Assembly: GCF_001194135.2 (NCBI RefSeq)
Contig: NC_068985.1
Location: 71,293,883-71,333,621, forward strand
Direction of reading: 5' to 3'
DNA: 39,739 nucleotides
Source: Octopus bimaculoides
Taxonomy: Eukaryota
The notes below the pieces were generated by a model. It saw nothing but the letters and a program-made list of their open reading frames with translations, was not told the DNA's origin and did not search any database. This document shows, piece by piece, positions 22,082-32,765 of this stretch. Within the stretch, counting starts at the first letter, position 1. Every line of letters begins with the position of its first letter. Made by a program: the position numbers and the translations under genes.

Positions 22082-22705
22082 NNNNNNNNNNNNNNNNNNN
22101 NNNNNNNNNNNNNNNNNNNNNNNNNNNNNNNNNNNNNNNNNNNNNNNNNNNNNNNNNNNNNNNNNNNNNNNNNNNNNNNNNNNNNNNNNNNNNNNNNNNN
22201 NNNNNNNNNNNNNNNNNNNNNNNNNNNNNNNNNNNNNNNNNNNNNNNNNNNNNNNNNNNNNNNNNNNNNNNNNNNNNNNNNNNNNNNNNNNNNNNNNNNN
22301 NNNNNNNNNNNNNNNNNNNNNNNNNNNNNNNNNNNNNNNNNNNNNNNNNNNNNNNNNNNNNNNNNNNNNNNNNNNNNNNNNNNNNNNNNNNNNNNNNNNN
22401 NNNNNNNNNNNNNNNNNNNNNNNNNNNNNNNNNNNNNNNNNNNNNNNNNNNNNNNNNNNNNNNNNNNNNNNNNNNNNNNNNNNNNNNNNNNNNNNNNNNN
22501 NNNNNNNNNNNNNNNNNNNNNNNNNNNNNNNNNNNNNNNNNNNNNNNNNNNNNNNNNNNNNNNNNNNNNNNNNNNNNNNNNNNNNNNNNNNNNNNNNNNN
22601 NNNNNNNNNNNNNNNNNNNNNNNNNNNNNNNNNNNNNNNNNNNNNNNNNNNNNNNNNNNNNNNNNNNNNNNNNNNNNNNNNNNNNNNNNNNNNNNNNNNN
22701 NNNNN
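22082..22705. other. Assembly gap (N-run); further gaps at 27849-27858, 29230-29334, 33216-33553, 35886-36521, 37438-37850
   Basis: Direct reading. Confidence 1.
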
Positions 22706-22744
22706 AAGATGGCGTTAAACTATTTTGCAAAATAGACTGAAGAT

Positions 22745-22977
22745 GGTGCTTGGTGGTTAACTGAAGAATATTTAGTCGAATGAATTGACCCCAGTACTTT
22801 TTATTTTGTATATGTATATGGCGGGCTTCTTTCTGTTTCCGTGTAGCATTCGCTCATAAGACTTTGGTCGGATAGAGGCCATAGTAGAAAACACTTGCCC
22901 AATGTGCTGCGCAGTGGGACTGAACCCGGAACCATGTGGTTGGGAAGCAAGCTTCTTACTACACAGCCGCACCTGCC
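22745..22977 (-). mobile_element. SINE A, internally shortened
   Basis: tagtcgaatgaattgaccccagtac...gggcttctttctgtttcc...cacttgcccaatgtgctgcgcagtgggactgaacccggaacc...cacagccgcacctgcc. Confidence 0.85.
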
Positions 22978-23003
22978 TATGCATTGTGATATTTAGCCAC
23001 GCT

Positions 23004-23224
23004 TGAAGCTGTGAACTGGCAGAATCGTTATCACGCCGGACCAAATGCTTAGCTGCATTTCGTCCGTCTTTACATTCTGAGTTCAAATTCAACCGAGGTC
23101 GGTTTTAACTTTCATCCTCTCAGGGTCAATAAAATAAGCACCAGTTAAGCACTGGGGTCTATGTAATCGACTTATAATCTCTCCCGAAATCGCTGGTTTT
23201 GTGCTAATATTTGAAGCCAATATT
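23004..23224 (+). mobile_element. SINE B, divergent (head-to-head) from the preceding SINE A
   Basis: ctggcagaatcgttatcacgccgg...gagttcaaattc...tttgaagccaatatt. Confidence 0.88.
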
Positions 23225-23717
23225 TTACAAAGCATTTCTGACATCAGCCTGTGTGTAGGTGTGTTAGCCTAAAGAAAAAGTTTTTTTTCCGTGCCTAAAT
23301 TGCCGCCAGAACATCGAGAATTTTCTGGGAAAATCCTATAAAAAGAATCAGTGAGTCAGTCTCTTATACACCAAGTATGGGTACATTCCGTTTATTGTAG
23401 CTGGAAACTACATATATTTTCCGCCTCAAGTTAGAAAAGACAATTTTCATCACTCAACTTCTACATTGAAAAATTATTTTGTATCGTGTATTAATCAATT
23501 GTAAATATTGTAAAGTAAAATGTTAAGATTTTATCAGCAAAATATAATTAAATATAATTTCTTTTTTGCTTAAAAACTGACATGTCAACATCTTGTCAGT
23601 CAACATTTTGAATTCAACTCATCTTAACAGAACACGCATTTAACAACAATAATTAAAAGTGCTTATATTGTAGTTAATCTGAATTTTTCATGACTGCAAT
23701 TGTTAAAAGCGATTTTA

Positions 23718-24934
23718 CGTGGGTGGACTGAAAGGTTCATAGGCTGACTATGAAGGAGTGATGCTAGAGCTGTGAAATTTTGCATGCTTGAATTTCAACC
23801 CTTATTAATACAATAACTGCATTGTTTCTTTCTAAGTATACTGACGTCTGATTGTTCAAAGAACACTTCAAAAGTAACTAGAAGTGACTTCTCTTGGAAA
23901 ATGGAGTAAAAGGGTTTAACTCAAGGATATTCATGCTGACATACTTGCTACATTAGGAGTTAACTCTCAAACTTTATCAGAAGTGTAAAAATGGGAAGTG
24001 GAATTTTGAAGGGGAAGGAAGAGTCTTGTAGGTGACCCAAGGTCTGAATGTCCTACAACTGCCACCACCGAGGAAAATATTGATCGCGTTCACCACGTGG
24101 TGGTGGATGACGGGCGATTCACTATGAATCAATTAGCCAATGCTGTTAGCATATCCTGTGAGTTGAGAATATTTTTGCACAATGATCTTGGCATGACGAA
24201 GGTTTCTACTCGGGCTGCCATGCCCTCTGACACCTGATCTGAAGCACAACAAGCTCATCACAAAACGGAAAAATATGACATTCTTTGAGATAGATCCAGC
24301 TTATTTCCTTGAACTTTCCCTAACCCAGGATGAGTGTTGGGTTCATCACTCGAGCCAGAGACAGTGACAATGCAGTGGAAACACCTCTCCTCACAACTTC
24401 AAAGAAGGTCAAGGTCATTTCATCTACAGGGAAGGCCTCAACTTTTGGGGGATCCAAAAAGCATTGTGTTTATTGACTATCTTCAAAAAGGCCATATCCT
24501 CAACGGAGAGTATGATGTCAACTTGCTGAGGCAGTTACAAAAGGCTTTCAAGACCAAACGCCCAGGAAAACTGGTGAAGTGATCTTTTTCATCAGGAAAA
24601 TGCACCGGCACACAAGTCTCTCATTTGAATGGCTGTGTGACTGTGGTTTTGTAATGGTTGATTTGGCTCTCCTGATTTGGCTCCATTTGACTATCATCTG
24701 TACCCAACATGAAAAAACACTTGGCTGAGAATCAGTATCGTATTGATGATGACGTCATATCTACTGTTGCTACTAGTTACTTTTGAAGTGTTCTTTGAAC
24801 AACCAGATGTCAGTTTACCTGGTAAGAAACAATGTAATTGTTCATAAGAAGAGTTGAAATTAATGCATGCAGTATTTCACAGCTCTAGCATCACTTCTTC
24901 ATAATCAGCCTATGAACTTTTCAGCCCATCCACG
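23718..24934 (+). mobile_element. Mariner (DD34D-type) element, TA TSD, ~163-bp inverted ends, decayed transposase
   Basis: TA at 23716-17 and 24935-36; left CGTGGGTGGACTGAAAGGTTCATAGGCTG vs reverse-complemented right CGTGGATGGGCTGAAAAGTTCATAGGCTG (7 mismatches in first 70 nt); motifs TATTEENIDRVH, TQDECWVH, HQENAPAH, SPDLAPFDYHL. Confidence 0.96.
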
Positions 24935-25099
24935 TACTTGAAAGCTATTACAGATAAATCTTTGATATAGCTTACATTTAAGGAAGATAATTATATCTTA
25001 GTACGATTTGAAAAATATTTGTTTTGTGTAATAACTAAAAGAACTGATTTTTTAAATCAGTGTTACTTTAGGTTATTATTCATCATTGCGTAGTCAAAG

Positions 25100-25990
25100 A
25101 CAATTGAATATAAAAGCACGCTAATCTGGTAAAGTTTCAAGAATGACCACCAATTTATGAAAGAACCTGCTGAAAATATTACTGAATCTTCTTGAATTCC
25201 ACCTTGATATTGAAAACATGTTACCTTTGTAACTGATGTAACAAGTTTCGTGGTAAAATTTGCTAAATAACAATTGTTTTATGCGCACGTACTTCATTTG
25301 TCTGTTTGTAACATTATTTACAATAGAAAAAAATTTGAATCAAATTATGATGAAGCGAATTTCACTAATGAACCTTCCATCGATGATGACGACTTTGAAG
25401 GTAAATTCGATGATGATCACAAGGTAGATTCTGAAGTTACAAATGTGATTACTAATTATATCGATCTGCAGTAAACTGGACTTCGTGAAATAATTCCTAT
25501 TTCACAAGACCTTTCCACTTAAGAAAATTTAGTCATTGGCAATATCATTAAAAATTGAGAACAATTGTCTGTTCATTTCGTTGATTTCCAACACAAAATG
25601 AAATATTTCAGAAATATGTTAAAGAAGTGTAAGGTTATGAATGTCAATTAATCAATGGTACTAAGACATGAGGGAATAGTTTTGTGGAATCTTAGAACGA
25701 TTCATGTTCCTTAAAAGCTGTATTGCAGTAGCTACGATCGATAGAAAGCAACCTCTCGACTTTGCAGCCAATGAATTTAACGCTATTCAAGCTGCTGTAT
25801 TAGCATTGTGCCGATAAACACAATGGTCATCCAGGCGAAAGCTGAAATTTTCTATGACGATTTTTTGCAAGAGGAAGGTGCCAGTAAAGGAAGGTTTAAA
25901 AGATGCCAGCATTAAAATAACCTGGGAAGCTACAAGTGTTGATTATGGTTTCTCAATTTCTGGAATTTATCATTCCGAAAAAATCGAGAG
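25100..25990 (+). mobile_element. hAT transposase relic (second family)
   Basis: HVTFVTDVTSFVVKFAK..FYAHVLHLSVCNIIY; acidic insert; KLRTIVCSFR*FPTQNEIFQKYVKE..GTKT*GNS (CKTRWNS-like); LERFMFLKSCI; ATSVDYGFSISG (PTSVxxERxFS-like dimerisation motif). Confidence 0.82.
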
Positions 25991-26191
25991 TCTAAAACAA
26001 AATAAAAACACCAGGCTCTCGAAAGTTTTCCCGGGAATAGATCCCAATTTCTCTTTTTTCATTTTCAGACTCTCTCATTTAATGATTTAGAGTTTTAAGC
26101 ATTAGAAAGCAAGAACCATGAACATAAACATTCATTTCTTTTAAAACATGTTTATTTGTATAGAGAACTCTATATAAATATACTCTATACA

Positions 26192-26348
26192 GTTTGGGTG
26201 TGTAGTAAGAAGCGTACTTCCGAACCACAAGGTTCCGGGTTCAATCCCACTGCGTGGCACCTTAAGCAAGTGTAAGTACCTTCAACTATATCTTCGAGCT
26301 GACCAAAGCCTGCTGAGTAGATTTAGTTGACAGAAACTGAAAGAAACC

Positions 26349-26380
<32 letters not shown>

Positions 26381-26556
26381 TGTGTGTGTGTATGTGTGTG
26401 TGTCTGTAACTTAGCAGTTCGGCAAAGAGAGACCGATAGAATAAGTACCAGATTCTAAAAAAGTAAGTACAGAGGTCGATTCATTCGAGTAAAAATTTTT
26501 CAAGCCGGTACCCCAGCATGGCCACGGTCCAATGACTGAAACAAGTAAAAGATAAA
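26192..26556 (+). mobile_element. SINE A with internal (TG)n
   Basis: gtgtgtagtaagaagc...ggttccgggttcaatcccactgcgtggcacc...tgactgaaacaagtaaaagataaa. Confidence 0.88.
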
Positions 26557-26849
26557 GCGATAAAAGAATTTTTTAAAAAAGAAAAACAATTGAAATGAAT
26601 GTTTAGGTAGAAGAGATACAACATCAATCTCCACAGAAGTCATATCTGATTTTATCTTTAAGAACTGAGAGGATAAAATGATCTAATGACTTTCTTACTG
26701 GAAGAATATACCAAGAAAAGAATCGAAGAGCAAATAAATAAAAATCTGAATTGCTGAAGTATTTTGATGACCTTGCTTTATTTTGAAATCACTTAACTCA
26801 TTTCTAATCTTGCCTCAGAAAATTCAGACAAGATATGGCAAAGAAACCG

Positions 26850-27250
26850 TATAATAGATCGTTCACAGCTTTGACAGAAGAATGCCTTTCTTCCATTTCT
26901 TTATCGAAACTTATGATAATTGAAGCACCACTTTATCAAAAGAAACTTCTCTAATGCAGGGATTAATTGTTGCCATTAACAGAGTTCTTGAAAACAATGA
27001 AGAGAGCATTCAGTCATTCTAAGATCTAAAAGATATTCTCAAAGATATGGAAATGTCCGAAATTACTTCACGTAGAACTGTTCACTAACAGAGACTGTTT
27101 ATTGCTTTCGGTACTATTCTGCCTACTTCCATAGTAGCGGAGATAGGTTTTCTGGGGCTCTTTCCTTGGAAATTGGTAACAAAGCTTGCGTAGCAATATC
27201 ATCTACAAAATATGTTGCTGGAGACAATACTAGCACTTGGAAGTACTTTC
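26850..27250 (+). mobile_element. Possible third hAT relic (dimerisation domain/C-terminus)
   Basis: [20 protein letters not shown] and [14 protein letters not shown] loosely resemble hAT LPV.S...ERSFS and FVAGN..R..FGKF; weak. Confidence 0.3.
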
Positions 27251-27289
27251 TAGCATTGAGGAGATAAATTGTTAGTTGCTTTTTAGACA

Positions 27290-27365
27290 AGTATACACTT
27301 GCACAAGGTATGGTACTGGGGCTCCAACCCGGAATCGTTTCGTGGAGAAGTAACCTCATTAAACA
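27290..27365 (-). mobile_element. Degenerate SINE A head
   Basis: cacttgcacaaggtatggtactggggctccaacccggaatc...aacctcattaaacatac. Confidence 0.5.
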
Positions 27366-27369
27366 TACA

Positions 27370-27374
<5 letters not shown>

Positions 27375-27462
<88 letters not shown>

Positions 27463-27848
27463 GTAAATACATGCATACATATGTATGTATGTATGTCCAG
27501 AGAGAGACATAAAGTGAGGGGATTAGATGATATATTATAAATGTATGACTACGTATATACATCCTCATATTCATGTGTGTATACACACACACATATATTT
27601 ATATATATATGCACATACATACATGCATGCATGCATGCATACATACATACAAGCATGCATACATATATACATACATACATACATACATACATAGAAATAC
27701 ATACATACATACATACATACATAGAAATACATACACATATCCTACGTTTTATATGTGTGAGTGTGTATAAATATATATATATATATATGTGTGTGTATGT
27801 AAGTATATGTATACACACGTTCATTTACATATATATATGTATATGTAT
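27375..27848. repeat. (AT)n (27375-27451) and downstream (ATAC)/(ATGC)/(TA) compound tracts
   Basis: Direct reading. Confidence 0.93.
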
Positions 27849-28523
27849 NNNNNNNNNNACACACTCACCAGCAACAGCAAATAGCATTAACAACAATAGT
27901 AATGAACGAAGGACAATGGTAACAACAACAACAGCAACAACGATAACCACAACAACAACCTTATTTCAATCAGTCCAAGGCTCTGTAATCACACACGCAT
28001 GTTCTTGCACGCACCGACGCTTTCTTTCAGAGCGAAAACGCGGTAGCGTTTCTAACATTATATATTAAACACGCACTGTTTCACTCATCTGCTCACTTAC
28101 CATCTCACTTCCACTCCAGACTACCCTCCACTCCATACACCTTTCCTACCTTCTCTTGTTTTCCGTCCTGCCCACAATTCATCATTCCCTTCCTATTAAT
28201 CTCTCTTCTTTCATTGTTTCCTTCTGTCTTTCTTTCTTTCTTCCTTTCTTTCTGTCTTTCTCTCCTTCGTTTATTTTCCCTCTCACACTTTTCTTCTTTT
28301 TCATTGTCACACTTCTCGTTTATTTATTCTCCTTTAATCTCTCTCTCTCTGTTTTAATTTTTCTCTTACTCTTATTTTTCTTTCAATTGATCTGTTATGG
28401 GTGTGCGTGTGTGCGTGAGTGTGTGTGGCTAACTATGGTTAAGTAATTCTTCAATTATTAGAGTCCCAAGAATAACAAAACAACGAACATTAGTACAGAG
28501 TATATAATTACTTTGTGAGTAAA

Positions 28524-28567
28524 GAATAGAGTGCAATTCACCGTTTCGGACCGCAGTCATTCATCAG
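28524..28567 (-). ncRNA. Vestigial hammerhead-ribozyme-like motif
   Basis: CTGATGA-ATGAC-TGCG-GTCC-GAAA-CGGTGAATTGCAC-TC: both catalytic boxes and a near-intact stem II; stems I and III do not close. Confidence 0.5.
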
Positions 28568-28755
28568 GAAGGAAAAAGAAAAGAAAAGCTAAAAAGATGC
28601 AAAGTTCAGAAAACAGTCAAATTTAGTGCAGCTGCATATTAGATGGTAGAATTGTAGAGGATGATGTTTTGAAGCTAAAAGTGCAAACGTCAGGGAGATA
28701 AGTGAGATAAATATCGAAAAGGTTTAGGGGAAATGCTCGAATATGTTATGCATGC

Positions 28756-28826
28756 GTGTGTACTGACATGTGTGTGTACGGACATGTGTGTGTACGGACA
28801 TGTGTGGGTACGGACATGTGTGTGTA
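28756..28826. repeat. 16-bp minisatellite, about 4 x GTGTACGGACATGTGT
   Basis: Direct reading. Confidence 0.9.
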
Positions 28827-28881
28827 TATGTTGTATGTGCGTGTGTATTTATGTGATTTTATGCAAACACATATACATGTA

Positions 28882-28975
28882 GAGGCGTGGGTAGATACTT
28901 CGAGCAAATGTCTTCTACTATACCCCAGAACCGAGCAAAGACCTGTGAATGGATTTGGTAGATTGAAATTAAAAT
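28882..28975 (+). mobile_element. SINE A core fragment
   Basis: gcaaatgtcttctactatacc...gtgaatggatttggtagattgaaattaaaa. Confidence 0.75.
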
Positions 28976-29334
28976 TATGTGTGCGTGTAAGCATGTATGC
29001 ATATATGTTTGTATGTATGTATAATGCATGTATGTGTGTTTGTCTGTATGTGTGTATGTATGTGTGTATGTATGAGTGTATGTAGGAATGTACGTATACA
29101 TATGTACGTATAAACGTACATATATATGTATGTATATATATATATATATACACACACATAAGTACGTGTATATAAATATATATATATACACGCATAAGTA
29201 CGTGTATATAAATATATATACATATATATNNNNNNNNNNNNNNNNNNNNNNNNNNNNNNNNNNNNNNNNNNNNNNNNNNNNNNNNNNNNNNNNNNNNNNN
29301 NNNNNNNNNNNNNNNNNNNNNNNNNNNNNNNNNN

Positions 29335-29374
<40 letters not shown>

Positions 29375-29376
29375 CA

Positions 29377-29412
<36 letters not shown>

Positions 29413-29440
29413 TATATACACGCACACATATACATATATG

Positions 29441-29682
29441 ATTGGCTGTGTAGTAAGAAGCTTGCTTCCCAACCACATGCATCCGGGTTTAGTACCACTG
29501 CGCGGCACTTTGAGTGAATAACTTCTACTATAGCCTCGTGACAACCAAAGTCTTGTGTGCATGCATTTGATAGACGGAAACTGAAAGAAACCCATGTGTG
29601 TATGCGTGTGTGCGTGGTATGTGCTTGTATGCGTGTGTGTTTGTGTGTGTGCATGTGTTTGTGCGTGTGTGTTTTTTTGTGT

Positions 29683-29777
<95 letters not shown>

Positions 29778-29996
29778 TGCGTGTGTGTCTTTGTTTGTGT
29801 GTTTGTGTGTATGTCTGTGATTATACCCCAACCGAACTCCACCATCTGACAAGCTATATTGTTATGTTTACGTCCTTGTAACTTCGTAGTTCAGCAAAAG
29901 AGACCGACAGAATAAGTAACAGTTTTTTAAAAATAATCAATACTGGGGTCGATTCATTCGACTAAAAATCCTTCTAATTCCTGAAACAAGTAAAGG
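29441..29996 (+). mobile_element. SINE A with greatly expanded internal (TG)n
   Basis: Head tggctgtgtagtaagaagcttgcttcccaacc; about 220 bp TG-rich insert; 3' module gtttacgtccttgtaac...tactggggtcgattcattcgactaa. Confidence 0.87.
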
Positions 29997-30509
29997 TGAA
30001 AATGAGAGTGAAAGTGAAAGTAGAGACGCACGTTTTGTTAACGTATATCCTCATTGTATCTCATTGATACAGTTCATAAAGAATTGCATTTATCGTAATT
30101 GAGAAATTGATGTCAAAATTTACTTTTTCAATGTTATACATATAAGTAATCTGTATACAAGGATAAATGAAAGCAACTAAAAGCAATTCCGGATACCTTC
30201 GTCCCCCAAGCTAAACCCGTTTAACAAGAATTAAACGTTTTTCACTAAAGTGATAAATTTATCCTGCTGTGGTTTTCCATGAGAACGATAAAAAGAACAT
30301 CTGATAGACGGTAGAATTATTCTACCACGCAACCAGTTTCTATCATCGATCAACAGCTTTATACTGTTTATAGTCAGAAATGAGAACGGGCGTCCACGTA
30401 CTTTGAATTCCTGACTGAAAATGTAGTCTAACTTTTCCTGTCGTTAATTTTTTTTCTCTTTTTATCATTCGCTTGATATAACATTTTCCATTTTCCGACT
30501 GTGTCTATC

Positions 30510-30700
30510 AATATTAGCATCAGACATGAACAGTTGATTGGTCAGTGATCAAAGGCGATCCATTCTGTCTTCTCTTATTCAGATACTTTGTTATTGTAGC
30601 TGAATTGGCAGATCTGTGAATTAACTAATCCCATTCCTGACCACCCCAGCTTTTCAAACGTAATTTTATATCAGACTAAACTATCCGATATATCCTACTC
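30510..30700 (-). mobile_element. Degenerate family C copy
   Basis: Reverse complement reads ggatatatcggatagtttagtctgatat...gaaaagctggggtggtcagg and gcctttgatcactgacc. Confidence 0.4.
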
Positions 30701-30711
30701 TGTTTTTCATA

Positions 30712-30928
30712 CGAGGAGGTGCTGAAAAGTTCCTGGCTTTAAGAGCATCGCGAAAGGCCTGGCTGGAGTCCCAACCTTCCTAGTTCTTCTACAGGGCTTA
30801 GAAAAATTGAAGGACAGCTGTAATAAATGTGTGAATCTGAGAAACAAATACGTTGAATAAAATCATAATCAACTGATCCTCCTGTATTTTCTTTTACCCA
30901 AAGCCAGAATCTTTTCAGCGCCCCCTCG
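30712..30928 (+). mobile_element. Mariner-derived MITE (217 bp), TA TSD, 29-bp TIRs
   Basis: TA|CGAGGAGGTGCTGAAAAGTTCCTGGCTTT ... AAAGCCAGAATCTTTTCAGCGCCCCCTCG|TA; interior reads GLEKLKDSCNKCVNLR..YVE*, a mariner C-terminus. Confidence 0.95.
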
Positions 30929-31997
30929 TATGTAGGTTGCGGTTTGAGGAAAAATTGGCTGTTATTTCTAGGAACAACATAGAGATTTCTCTATTTGCCC
31001 GTTGATCTTGTGTTTCATAGTTATTACTATTCTTTGTTTAAAATGATGTATGGCGAGATTGTAGTATTTCTTTGCGTTCAAAACACGCCAGGTGCGATTT
31101 CGGTTCCTTTGTTCAATATTGATGAAACGCAGTACCAATCAAGTACTTTGGTTTGATTGAATCAGCTGATCTTTTTACATTTCGAAATTGCTGACCTTGT
31201 GCCAATGATGGAGATCGTTACTATTTCAAGACAGTGAAAAATGGAAGAATAATTGCGCTGTGGTGGGAGACCCTTATTTTTGCCAAGAGTTGGCAAATTA
31301 CAGCTCTTGCCTTCATTTCATTCAACCCACCAACCGTATTGATCAAGTGATATTGCATACGCAATAAAATTCAGTAGCCAAAAGTAGAATAAGTAAAGGA
31401 TTCATTTCAGCAATAGCCTCGATTAAATTAATGTTTCATATTAATACAAAAAGTGAGATTGGTTAAGAATGAAAGTTTTCCCAGACGCTAAAGTCACTTT
31501 TCTAAATGAACGGAGTAACAGAGAGTAATAGTGTCTGATACGCTGTTATAATATAGTTTACATTAATAATCAAATAATAATCATGGAAGAGAACAGGTAA
31601 ACGGGTTCGTACGACACTTACTCCGAAGCAACCTCCCCCAATCAGTCTAACTAAAAATGTTTTAACTCTTAAGTGAATGCTGCATCATAGCTCATACCGA
31701 TTTTTACATCATTAAATGTGAAGTATATTTCATTACAAGTGACGTTTGATCTTTTTAATAAGTATTTCTCTGGCCTTGTATGATAATGGTTTCATTTTCT
31801 AATGCACCTGGCCGCAAGATATAAAAGCATTTCCAACTCGGCCCACCTCCACAAAATTTTTGCTGACTCTGATTTAGACAAAGTGAAAGGTGTTTCACTA
31901 TAGCCTTTAGCAATTATCCTAATCACGCGAGGGTTTCCTTTTATAATTCCGTTCACATCCAGAGTGTTTTCTTGTTTTCTTGCTATACTTTATTGAG

Positions 31998-32113
31998 CGC
32001 GAAAGGATGAAAGGCAAAATCGACCCCAGTGGAATTTGAACTCAGAAATGGAAACACGGACGAAATGCCCCTAAGCATTTTACCCGGAGTGCTAACGATT
32101 CTGCCAGCTCGCA
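31998..32113 (-). mobile_element. SINE B 5' half
   Basis: gaaaggatgaaaggcaaaatcgacc...gtgctaacgattctgccagctcgc. Confidence 0.9.
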
Positions 32114-32142
32114 GAATTAACCGCTCTTTTAAAATTCTTTAG

Positions 32143-32390
32143 TGGAAGCGTGTGGCCTAATGGCTACGGATGCTGGACTCGTGATCGTAAGATTGTGGTT
32201 TCGATTGCTCAGCCGTGCGGTGCGTTGTGTTTTTAAGCAAAGCACTTCATTTCTCGTTGCTCCAGTCCACTCAGCTGGCAATAAAGAGTAATCCTGCGAT
32301 GGACCGGCGTCCTGTCCAGGGAGTGAACATATACACCGCGGAAACCAGGAAACCGGCCCTATCAGTCTATATAATTCAGGAAGGATCTTT
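32143..32390 (+). mobile_element. tRNA-derived SINE with CORE-like and V-like domains
   Basis: Head ggaagcgtgtggcctaatgg..ggtttcgattgc; CORE-like tccagtccactcagctggcaa; V-domain-like cctgcgatggaccggcgtcctgtccaggg (domain names from memory). Confidence 0.75.
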
Positions 32391-32403
32391 ATCCTTTTAA
32401 GAA

Positions 32404-32618
32404 TAAGGTGGCGAGCTGGCCGAATCTTTAGCACGCCGGGCAGAATGTTTACTGGCATTTCTTCCGTTGTTACGTTCCATGCTCAAATTCCGCCGAGGCC
32501 GACTTTCCCTTTCATCATTTTGGGGTCTATAAAATAAGTACCAGTTGAACATCGTGGTCGACTTAATTCCTCCCCCGTAATTTCTGGCACTGTGGCAGAA
32601 TTTGAAATCAATATTGAT
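32404..32618 (+). mobile_element. SINE B, full length
   Basis: aaggtggcgagctggccgaatctttagcacgccggg...caaattccgccgaggccgactttccctttcatc...tttgaaatcaatatt. Confidence 0.9.
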
Positions 32619-32689
32619 TTCTTAAATAAGTTAACACCTAAAATTTGAAACCGAGATATCGTCGCTTATAATGTCTCCTGTATTTGACC

Positions 32690-32765
32690 AGTACTTTGTT
32701 TTATAGACTACGGAATGGTAAAACGCAAAGTTGGCCTTGCCAGGATTTGAACTCAGACGGTAAAA
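32690..32765 (-). mobile_element. Degenerate SINE B fragment
   Basis: gcaaagttggccttgccaggatttgaactcaga. Confidence 0.55.
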
